From assembly GCF_964204645.1 (NCBI RefSeq), contig NC_134032.1, positions 12,884,275 through 12,948,274 of the forward strand: a DNA stretch of 64,000 nt, in the 5' to 3' direction. Under the pieces are notes generated by a model that saw only the letters and a list, made by a program, of their open reading frames with translations, made no database searches and was not told the origin of the DNA. Position 1 is the stretch's first letter, and each line of letters opens with the position of its first letter. The translations under genes and the position numbers were made by a program. Shown piece by piece: positions 54,368 to 64,000 of the stretch. The stretch is from Tubulanus polymorphus (lineage: Eukaryota > Animalia > Nemertea).

Positions 54368-57197
54368 ATGGACCTAACCGATGAATTGGGCGGACCGCTT
54401 GAATTGTTTGTGACCAGATATCCAAACAACATGAACGAGACTGTCAGCAGGTATTTGAATCAAGGGGTAAGTATAACGATATACCCATCCATACTAAATG
54501 CGGGTAACTTCACGCATGGCGCAATCAGAGGGCAGACTGTAATTCTCTATATTGAATTGAATTGAGTAGCTCATTGGGATAAGGCGTGATGTTCTTTAAT
54601 TTCTGAGCGACAAACGACGGCTGAGTGACTAATATGGGTTCGAGTCCTGCTATAACGACTTAAAGGCCAGTTTCGAATGGACGTTCGGCTAAAGAATAGC
54701 AATTTCTTATTACATGCTGTCTGTTATTTCAATCCGGAATAAAAAGAGCCATAAGACTAGTACATGTATAAGCGAAAGGGAAGGCCGACTCCTCCTCAAA
54801 ATTCAGCTAGGTACCGCTAGTAATCTTGTCTTTTGATCAGCGCCCTCATCGTTAGCGATAAACAATGAATTCTTTAGACTGGTTGCCGGTCTCTAGGTCT
54901 CTATTCTTAATAAGCGTTTTTCAGAACTTGTTCAAGTCTTAAAACCTTGAAGAAAACGCGATCCTTAATTATTATACTCGTGGAAAAAAAATACTAAATT
55001 TCCGGGAATGTATTGTTTTTTTTGCTGACGATGAGGGCGCTTATCAATTTCGAAGATCGCAAAGGCTAATGAATAGTGACGTCACAGAGTCGGCGCTCCT
55101 TTAGTTTATATTTCTATAGTAGAGCGTATATTCTGGATGGAAAGAATTCCAGAATCGGTAGTAACAAATCGAAACCGGCCTAGATCAATGGCGCTTTTCA
55201 CTTCGCCCGCTGCATCGGTTTTCGAATTCAAAATCTCGTGCCCCGGTTCGGCGAGATCTGTGAGCCCGTAATCCTACCTCGTTACGATCAATCTCATCTC
55301 GAATGTCGAAGAACGTAAGTATAATTACACACACACAAGACATCAGCGTTCAGACGAACGAGCGAGGGCGTAGGAAACAAGAGATAGAGAAGTGTGGCTG
55401 ATTAGTTGTAAACATGGTTTTCCTGACACAATCAACAACGCACCGATGATTCCGGCAATCAGGCATCGGGCATAATCCATCGTAACGTATTCCTTTCAGT
55501 TAAATGTGCGTTACGTTTGGTTATGTTCCGTTGCTAGTTTGCATATACAACACCATAAAAGGCGAACTGTGACCCGAAAGGTTGAGATGACGTCATTATT
55601 TTTTGTGCTTTTTTCTGTTTTTCTAATTCCATGTGAATGTTATCATAGTTTGAAGTAACGAATGAATACTGATTAATAGATATGAAATGATAGTAAAAAA
55701 GTAAGATTTGTATCCTTAAACTTTACCGATTCTGGGGAGTATTAATCCACTGTCTAGAACCAGAAATATGTTTCAAAACGAACTACAAACATCAGGCATC
55801 AGACCTTTGATCCATACGGTCCACACTACAGTGGTGAATGTCAGACGGGGGGATTGTTCTAGGCAGCATATTGAAATCTACGTCCGATTCTACAATAACC
55901 ACTCGAATTTTTTCGTCCTTTTCAGTCGGTCAATGTAAACTGCATAAACAAACTCATTCAGGAATATTTCAAAAACGAAACCCTGTCGTCGAAAGGCAAC
56001 TGTACCGTACAAGATGTCGACGAGCCGTTTGTATTGAAGTTCGGCACGATGTTCTACGCGTACGTGACGCCGCTGATAATCATTATCGGACTCGTCGGCA
56101 ACAGCATCAGTTTGAACGTGTTCACCTCGAAACGCATGAAGCGTCACAGCGCCAGTTGTAGTTACTACCTGGCAGCCCTTAGCGCAGCTGACCTTCTCGT
56201 ACTTATCGTTTACGTACTAGTCGAATGGCTCAAATCGGGCCTGCCCGACTTGCCGGGCAATCTGCACCTGGGCATCGTCGACGTGAAAGGCGCGTGCCAT
56301 ATATTTTTGTATCTGTCGTACGTTGTAAGGTTCATGAGCGTGTGGCTGTTGGTGATCTTCACGTTCGAACGCTATATCGGCGTCTGCAAACCGTTGCAGA
56401 AAAAGAAGATCTGCACGCGAAAGAGCGCCCGCCGTATTATCAGCGGTTTGTTTTTGTTGGCCTTGTCCGTTTCGATATTCCGGCCGTTGATGAGCGGCGT
56501 GTACGAGGTGCTACCCGACTCGGGGGTCTACCGATGCGTGATGAGTCCGAACCTTCACCTGGCGTCGTTTCTACTCGACAGCATTTACGGTATCTGCGTG
56601 ACACTGATCCCGTTTATCATCGTTCTCGTGTTCAATATGATGATCGTACGGAAGTTGTTCCGGCGAACACGTCGCCACAATCGATTTCAGGGATTCATTT
56701 CTCAAGAGGGACGAATACGAGTTGAGTTCACCGTGATCTTGTTGGCTATATCTACCTGTTTCATTACTCTGAACTCGCCGTACTTCGTGGCTATGTGCTA
56801 TCAACGTTACCAGGCCCACTTCGGCGAACACCTATTCATCAACCATCTGTCGATCGAAACTTTCTCGTTAGTCGACTTCAGAGCGTTGATCGGCATTCTG
56901 AAAATCACCAAGACGATATTCTTCGTGAACTATTGCATCAACTTCTTTTTGTACTCGATCACGGGCGCGTACTTTCGCCGCGAAATGCGAATGGTGTTTT
57001 CGTACAAGTTCAAACGGACCACGGAGCCGCGCGCGTCCAAATCGCAGTCGGCCTCGAGGGATCAGGAAAATAACCACCGACACGTACCGGAGCAGCCCGC
57101 CAGTGCGCCGTCACGTGTGGCGGTAAAAAACACGACCGCTTCGACGCCGCCGACGACAAATCACTCGGGAACGCGCCAGGCTCGATCATGGGTGTAG
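54368..57197 (+). CDS. Class A (rhodopsin-like) GPCR, FMRFamide/sex-peptide-receptor-like orphan peptide receptor; exons 54368-54466 and 55926-57197 (~456 aa)
   Basis: Seven hydrophobic segments with GLVGN (TM1), LSAADL (TM2), FERY (TM3), TM5 proline, LNSP (TM6) and NFFLY (TM7). A phase-0 GT-AG intron (54467-55925) adds an N-terminus with NET/NET/NCT sequons. Confidence 0.93.
54565..54670 (+). mobile_element. tRNA-derived SINE-like element (related copy ~41185-41272)
   Basis: A-box TAGCTCATTGG and B-box GGTTCGAGTCC; shared TGGGATAAGGC.TGATGTT...GAGTCCTGCT...CTTAAAG. Confidence 0.5.
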
Positions 57198-57402
57198 AAT
57201 GATTTGAAAATAGCATAGTATCTCAAATTGATATTAGGGTATGACTGCAGTTTAGGTGTCCCTAATGGTTATGTACCTAACCTTACCATAACACTATTCT
57301 TTAATAACACTTGCGCCACCCAGTGGAAAGGTGACCCAAACTGCAGTTAGACCCCAGCGGCGCTTTTGTGTGGCAATGGAGGTCAGATCCATAGGGTAGG
57401 AC

Positions 57403-57522
57403 CACAGGGACCTGACAAAAAAAATTTTTGACCCAGTATTCTAGGTACTTTAAATAAAAAAATATTTTTATATATAGTACCTAGAATACTGGGGTCAAAA
57501 ATTTTTTTGTCAGGTCCCTGTG
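57403..57522. mobile_element. 120-bp palindromic MITE with 8-bp TSD (GGTAGGAC), P/hAT-type
   Basis: CACAGGGACCTGACAAAAAAA...TTTTTTTGTCAGGTCCCTGTG flanked by GGTAGGAC at 57395-57402 and 57523-57530. Confidence 0.88.
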
Positions 57523-60425
57523 GGTAGGACACCAACCCCCTTAAATTTTCTGAGTGCCCTTCTTTTTTTCTTGCCCCATTTTTTACGTGTTTATAAATAT
57601 ATATTTATAGTTTCAATGATTGCTTGATTACGTAGATCATATTGAGATCAGAGATGCAATGAAAGGTCACTTGAATATAAGTCTAGATTTTCGAAATCTT
57701 TTGGAGGAGGACCCCCAGACCCAGTCAACCCTCCCCATCCCCCAAACGCGAGCTTCGCACCTGAGATTCCTGCACAACGCGGGCTATGATGAATAGTTGC
57801 CCTCTTTTCTGCACACCCCGTTTTAAGAAATCCTATCCGCCCCTGAGTAAGCGACGAGGATCAGCCAGGTTTACAAATCTGGTTAGTCTCACATATTTAT
57901 GGGGGAAAGGCACAATCTCTACGCCCAATTTGCAATTCAGTGAAATAAGTGTTATATATCACGGACATCGTATGGAGACGTGCCCATTAAGTCTATCATC
58001 TCACACGCTGTTTAGTACCACCACTATGTTGTGGTGCCTCGATGCCATCAGGTTTGAATCCCTGCTGAGAAGGACGGTTAAAGACTAGTCCGGTACCTTT
58101 TTCACACGATGTTGTTTTCGATATAGCCACCGCACGTCAATCAATTGCCAGGTAATCTTTCGGTGGCCTTGTTCTCGGGGCTATACGTCGAGATTTTCAT
58201 TTCCAAGAACCGTGTAAACTAACAGTGTTTATGATAAACACACCAGATGTCAGAAAACCGACGACGAATTGGCTTTGATTCCTCGTAAATCAGTCAACCA
58301 CCGGAGGGAGTTAAACCAAGCTACTTAGCCTAGTTTAATAGTTTTAAGTTAGGTTCTTGTAGTTGGGAGTTGAAATTAATTACGTCTCGCCCCAAGGTTT
58401 GAAAAGGATGACTCTAACCACCCGATATTTTCGTTAACGAATTTTACATTTCTATATATGTATTATGACTGGTATCGTTTTGTCCGACTGTATAAATTGA
58501 AGGTTTATATAAAAAGAATTCAGATCCTAAAAGGAGTAGATTTAATGACAATAAATTCCAATTGCTTTATCCTAAACAGTTAATGTTCTTTATAATACCT
58601 TCTTTATTTTGGGACCATTAAAAAACTTTGAGTAATAATGACTTTTGCGTCAGAAAGAAAAATGTCTCTGAAATATGTTGGCGTTTAGTGTGAACAGTGG
58701 CATTAAAAAGGAGGATGACAGCAGCGTTATAACGGGTTTTGACTGTAATAGACTCTGAATGCATTATCACGAGTGTTATGAGGTTTCGATGTCGTTTTGA
58801 AATCGATGGGAGATACATATTTGTCTACTATTCACCTTCGAGTGTAAGATAAATAAGGCTCGAAGCAAATGCAAATATAACCAATTTCGTTTATCGCGAT
58901 ATTCTTTGAAGAAATAATTACCAAAAGATGAGTGATTGTTTCGAAATGTAAGACAATTAGTTACGAGCGAATTGTGTGTATTAAAAATGAATATATAGAG
59001 ATGTTCCACTCTCATTGCAAATGTATCCGCAGCCTGGACCGTCTGCCCCTTCAGATAATCGATACTTTATCACCGTTCGTCCAAATTGAATTTCTGTTCG
59101 CCCAGGCTTCACGTGCGTTCAAGATTTCACAATAGAATTTCTTATCCAACGTGAACTAACAGTTACAAATCTATAGCAGCCATCAGGTCATTACCGATCT
59201 TTTCCACTATTCGATCATATTATAAGATACTTCAAATTGAACGCAAACCGCAATTAATGATTATAAAGATACCGCGGACCGGCTGCTTATAACTTGGTTA
59301 ACTCCAAGCATGTCGTTAAATCACTTGTAGTTATTTCCTTACGAAACCACAGGTTCAGTTGTACAAACGTTAATCGTGTCTCGTTCCTAAACCATTCGTT
59401 CAATGCAAGCAACCTCCTGTATTCACGTTAACTCCTTAAGGCCACTATTTCCTTCGATCAGCATGCAGCGAGCTTTTTGATGAAAATTATGATAATTTGG
59501 ACGTTACTCGGAGATACGTAGATTTCCGAGCAACCGGTTGGTCATACTTTTCCACCGGGAATATTTTAAAATGGTGATCATCGAGACTTCAACCGAGTCT
59601 TAATTAAGGGGCGGTTCATGGTTGCAAAATCGGCACTTGCACAAATGTAACCATGTGTCCTGTAAACAGTTACTGTATATAGAATATTGTTTATCGCTTG
59701 GTGTATGGTTGTATTATCGCGTTTACGTATTTTAATTATGATCTTTTGTAAATAGGACGTATAATATTGGAAAGAGTCGAATCAAGATGTAAGAGTCGTT
59801 TCTATTGTAATCCGTCGTTTACTTTGCTGGACGACACAAAAATAATGTTGTTGTTGTTGTTGTTGCCTCTCGAATGTTGAAAGAATTGATTTTTGAAATA
59901 TATACCAGTAAATATAAAAGGCACGTACGCAATCTTTTTGTTCTGATCGCTTGTTTTATGGGTTCGAGATTTCATCCAAAATAAGTGAGGAAAGGCTTGA
60001 ACTAGAGAAGTGTCGTCCAAAAAACCATCCAGCCACCTGCATGGACTCCGAGCTGCCTTAGATGAATCGTTGACCAAAGGATTTTCCACTTTCCGTTGCC
60101 AGGGTTCGACGACTGCACCTTACGGACAACACGGAGCAGTTTATCTGCCTGTAATTTATGTTTCAAAAACACGAAATGTTCCGATAATTACGTGCGCGGT
60201 CGTCCTCTAAGCAGCTTACCAGGAAACATCAAATAAACAATAAACCTAACCTCGCTGGCCAGTGTCCTATTTCCTCCGCCCGAAGCTAACATCATCATGC
60301 AAAACAACCGTAAATACACTATGACAAAACGATTTCTTCATCTTTTCGTAATTCGGATGTTTTATTGAGCACAAATTTTTGAAACGTAATTCGGCTCTAT
60401 TTTAGATGGTAACATTTCTGTTTCA

Positions 60426-61870
60426 TTAACACGATACGGGTGATACACAATCACCAGGTCCATCCTTGAAGGTTTCAATGGCGCCTGCAAAAAATAACAT
60501 TGGAATTGGAATTACTTTCGAGAATTTTAGATAATACGTAATTAGAAAAGTAGAGCTTATATTCTTCGGAGTTCATTTCGAGATCTCAAATCTAAATCTC
60601 ATCTCCACTGAAACGGTAAATGTAGAACAACATTCAAGTACAGAATTACCGTTCCTTTGATGACGGAGATTAAGATAAATCTCGAAACTCTCGGATAAAA
60701 AGTCTTTGAAATGTAATCATTGTGGGATTTTCATCACCGGGAAAGCATCGGTTAATCCATCAAAGCTGTGATTCAACACGGTATAATCCAACATAAGATA
60801 TCTCATGACATCTCATGATACAAGGAGGAAAAACGTTTCGACTTTATCCGAAAAGTCATCTTCAGGCATAACAGTCATTTTCAATATTCCTGAAGATGAC
60901 TATTATAGTATATAAACGATATTTTGAATATAAACTATACAGCTAAAAGACACTTTTGGGCTCGTTTTTCTCTTTTAATTTTTGGATTTTCACCGTTTCA
61001 TCAAAATTCCCAGATTAACCATAATATTAAGTGTCGTTGATACGTACGCTTGGCCATGTCAACATCGTTCAGTTTTTCAATCTCATCCGCATCTACAACA
61101 CGAAAATATACAAAATCCTGCCTTTTATTAAAAGCTGCGAGTAAAATTCTACTTCAATCGACAAAGTTCCCCGACTGAATTTCAAGCATCGCTGGTTGTC
61201 TAATTCACTTCACAGAGATTTGTCTAGATTACAGAGGCGCAGAACACCACGTCAATGTAAACCCATATTATGCCTTCAGCTTCAGACATAATTTGTTTGG
61301 GTAAGTTTTTTTTACGATTGCCATACAACTAGACCACATCATGTCGCGGGCCGATAGTTTCGTTTTTTTTCTATCTAATGGTGAGGCTATCTAGATATGG
61401 AACATGTATTCTGCGAAAAGTCGGTCAAAGTTAGAACTAGCGAACTGAGCAGCATAATCCTCGATTGCCACAGTAGCGTTGGTCATAGCCCATGTAGGTT
61501 ACGCAATGACGCCAAACGAATGTTTACACGGGTCATATCTATTGGACGTATGAACTGTGACCTTAACGCGTCATTTTGGACGTAAAACCCAACACACACG
61601 ATGCAGGGAAACACGAAACACGTAATCAGTTTCCGTATTTCCTTTCGTCATGTGCGTCGGGTTTTTCTGCTTACGCTTGACGTCCAAAATGACGCGCCAC
61701 CGTGACTTCGGTTGCATTACTTCTACCGGTATACCTGTTTCATTCTAAATGGCCAAACCAAAAAGATTCTTACGTAATGCTTTCCTTTCAACAGCAGCAT
61801 CAGCAGAAATGCTGAACATGCCGACAGCAACGAGAACAATCATCAGGCATAGGAGTTTCGTTTGTGACAT
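60426..61870 (-). CDS. Secreted prepropeptide, 66 aa; exons 61870-61774, 61092-61048, 60484-60426; predicted mature peptide AIETFKDGPGDCVSPVSC
   Basis: MSQTKLLCLMIVLVAVGMFSISADA-AVERKALHADEIEKLNDVDMA-KR-AIETFKDGPGDCVSPVSC*. Both introns are GT-AG phase 1 with good pyrimidine tracts. Double stop TAATGA; AATAAA 60 nt downstream (60366-60361). Confidence 0.85.
60832..60866 (-). ncRNA. Hammerhead-like motif (core and stem II intact, stem I decayed) in an intron of the peptide gene
   Basis: CUGAAGA-U-GACUUU(UCGGAU)AAAGUC-GAAACGUU; a degenerate inverted partner CTGAAGATGACTAT lies at 60890. Confidence 0.5.
61567..61696. mobile_element. Small inverted-repeat element (MITE-like) in an intron of the peptide gene
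   Basis: CGCGTCATTTTGGACGT / ACGTCCAAAATGACGCG 17-bp TIR, plus internal imperfect complementarity. Confidence 0.65.
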
Positions 61871-62616
61871 CTACAACAAAAATAACGGAATTTACCTGAT
61901 TGTGACCATCGGTTTTTTAGTAGAAGTCAAAATTAAAGTTGAATTTTCAAAATGTCATTTTTGGATTCAATATTGGTCGCAATTCAATGAAAAAAATTGC
62001 CACCACTTTATGCGCACTAAAAGTGCTGAAAAGTGCTTACTTATGCATAATCCATACAAACCGTATGCAACACATTTACTTAGAACGTCAGTATCTAAAC
62101 GGAAATCGCTCTGGGGCCCCATATCGGAGCATCAAATTTTTAAAACATTTTAACAGGGGAGGACCCCGGTTCATCAGATGAGTTTGATCAAATTTAGAGC
62201 GAACCCACCCGCATGGTCCTCACGTTACGGGCCTGATTTGAAATCGCTGATCTACAAGATCCAGTATCACAGTCGTCAACTCAGAGTTAACATCGCTTCA
62301 TTTTCAACGAGTCAACTCTACTTATTAAATCTTATCTCACAAAACTGTCGAACTGGCTCCATATCTACAGTTCTCAGTGGAAAATTAACTAATTTCAACT
62401 CGGGGTAAACGCCGTGACGCAAAACTGTGGATCTAGATCCAGTAATCCATTCTAGACTTGATTCGTTGAAAATGAATTGTAATTTAGAGTTTTCTCTTAA
62501 TCACAACTATGGAACCTGATCCAGAAAGTAATTTTACAGGAAAGAGATATCGATTTACAATAGTGATGAAATGTCAAATTAGAAAGCAGTTTCAGTCCAG
62601 ACACAAATAATATTAC

Positions 62617-62691
62617 CTTGATAGCTGTGTAACACGTCCGAATATCTTCGCGCTGAATAATGATGCCTGGTCGTTTTAGCCCTAGTTTATA
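62617..62691 (-). promoter_or_regulatory. TATA box, Inr and probable non-coding first exon of the prepropeptide gene
   Basis: Minus-strand TATAAA at 62691-62686, Inr-like TCATT with its A at 62661 (30 nt downstream), donor AAG|GTAAT at 62616, and acceptor TTGTAG directly before ATG 61870. Confidence 0.6.
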
Positions 62692-62904
62692 CTTCGGGAT
62701 GCGTGATCGCAAATAATTTAATCTTGTAAGTCATTAAGATAAAGCAATCGAAAAAATATCGTTATCAGTGAAAAACCGTGTTTTTGAATTTTTAATCTGT
62801 GTATAAGCCGCCAAAGGCGCTCGCCGGAAGCTCTATTTAATTAAGTTAATCGCGCGAAGATAACGTTGAGATAAAGCGCTGCGTATGCGCTAGGCCATAT
62901 CCTT

Positions 62905-62982
62905 CATCGGCAGGATTCGAACCCGATGGCACGGAGTCTCGCGAGGCCATCGATCGGTCAACTCTAACCAACGCGCTCGCCC
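62905..62982 (-). mobile_element. tRNA-like/SINE head
   Basis: Minus strand has TGGTTAGAG (A-box-like), GGGTTCGAATCC (B-box) and hairpin CGATGGC/GCCATCG; no acceptor stem. Confidence 0.4.
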
Positions 62983-63362
62983 TTAAAAAATGAAAACCAG
63001 TCGCCGGTAAAGCGAAAGAGGATTGTCTTATCATTGCACGCTCATAACTTTCTCAGATCTCAACTCCCGAAACCGCCTTAAACCCACGACTAAGAAATTT
63101 GATCCAGACGAATTGAAACTCACGATATTGTGGAGTTGAATATCTAGCAGAATCGATAACATTACCTTTACGTTATTCCATATGCCCTTTTAGCAAGTTT
63201 CTAAAACCAACCTCTAATCGATTGGCAGATATGATTTCTCATGACCCCAACAAATAAAAAAAAAATATATCCAAAACAGATATTGATTTGTCATAAGGGA
63301 CCCAAATGAACTGAAAAAATAAATATGGGGTATGCCCTACTGCCAAAAGTATGTTTGGGCTT

Positions 63363-63597
63363 GAGGAGAGAATCCCACAATGATAATAAAAAGTCCGAAA
63401 AAGAAACCTCGAGATAGTAGTTTATTTCAACGTTTCGACTATATCCTAATAGTCATCTTCAGGAATAATGTAATTAGGATATAGTCGAAACGTTGAAATA
63501 AACTACTATCTCGAAGTTTCATTTTCGGACTTTTTATTATCATTGTGGGATTCTCTCCTCATCGCGTCAACACGGATATAGTGTTCTACCAATCGTG
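63363..63597 (+). mobile_element. Short Penelope-like insertion: inverted arms, hammerhead motif, 36-bp tail, perfect 12-bp TSD
   Basis: TSD ATGTTTGGGCTT at 63351-63362 and 63598-63609; arms ~63362-63450 and 63473-63561; tail resembles that of the 40-kb element. Confidence 0.8.
63426..63465 (-). ncRNA. Minimal type I hammerhead ribozyme motif
   Basis: UUC-CUGAAGA-U-GACUAU(UAGGAU)AUAGUC-GAAACGUU-GAA. Confidence 0.68.
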
Positions 63598-63792
63598 ATG
63601 TTTGGGCTTCCCAGGGTTAAAGAGAAATAAATTCTAAAATAGCGAACGACTCTGGAACACTGTACAGAACACTATGCATTCACCTGTCTGTCAATGGATA
63701 GAAAAGTGGTAAGGGTATAGTATATAATTTTCTTCAACACACCGTATGAAATCCTTCTCTACAATTATAGTCATTTCCCAACATCGCATTTG

Positions 63793-64000
63793 ATGGAAAT
63801 GTTAAACGCTTCAGTTGTGCAGAAATGTTTCCCTCGTAGTCGCGTCATTTGGAATCTGATCGCAGTATCTATGATAGGACCGATTGGTTGGTTTGGTCTG
63901 GTATCCAATTCCGTTACTATAGCTGTGCTTTATCGGCTCCACAAGACGAATAGCTCCACGACTTCGCATTTCGTTTTATTGTTATTAGCCGTTTTCGACA
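63793..64000 (+). CDS. Second class A GPCR (FMRFamide-receptor-like), N-terminal part, truncated by window end
   Basis: MEMLNASVVQKCFPRSRVIWNLIAVSMIGPIGWFGLVSNSVTIAVLYRLHKTNSSTTSHFVLLLLAVFD: NAS sequon, TM1 GLVSN, TM2 LAVFD. Confidence 0.8.
   Translation, partial: MEMLNASVVQKCFPRSRVIWNLIAVSMIGPIGWFGLVSNSVTIAVLYRLHKTNSSTTSHFVLLLLAVFD

Noticed and set aside
54835-55045. Inverted repeat with CTGACGA as a hammerhead
   Set aside because: The ~22-bp inverted repeat is real, but there is no stem II closure or GAAA core.
55838-57216. Alternative-frame and antisense ORFs over the GPCR
   Set aside because: Shadow ORFs.
61749-62153. 134-aa plus-strand ORF
   Set aside because: Antisense to the signal-peptide exon; the minus-strand model has splice, promoter and polyA support.
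62905-62982. Functional tRNA gene (also 33648-33715, 54565-54670)
   Set aside because: A and B boxes are present, but no complete cloverleaf could be folded.

Overview
AT-rich, intron-containing animal genomic DNA. Gene content and repeat style suggest an invertebrate, possibly a lophotrochozoan, but this cannot be confirmed here. From left to right: (1) 1-7260 is a complex tandem array whose ~59-bp monomers are interrupted by 18 near-identical ~84-bp spliceosomal-intron-like units, with stops in all frames of the monomer. (2) Two minus-strand genes follow: an uncharacterised ~463-aa protein and a 590-aa coiled-coil + death-domain protein. (3) Two small multi-exon secreted Cys-rich genes are only partly visible in the ORF track: a 144-aa SVWC-like protein and a 217-aa FN2 + 2x ten-Cys-domain protein. 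(4) A repeat-rich ~23-kb stretch holds MITEs, tRNA-SINE-like heads and a LINE 3' end. (5) A class A peptide-type GPCR follows. (6) A 66-aa prepropeptide gene, absent from the ORF track, has separate signal, pro and mature exons; its predicted mature peptide is AIETFKDGPGDCVSPVSC. (7) A second GPCR starts at the window edge. Also present are short palindromic insertions carrying minimal hammerhead-ribozyme motifs, with target-site duplications and a ~36-39-bp tail, i.e. Penelope-like architecture. All gene models were spliced and translated by hand; no database searches were run.
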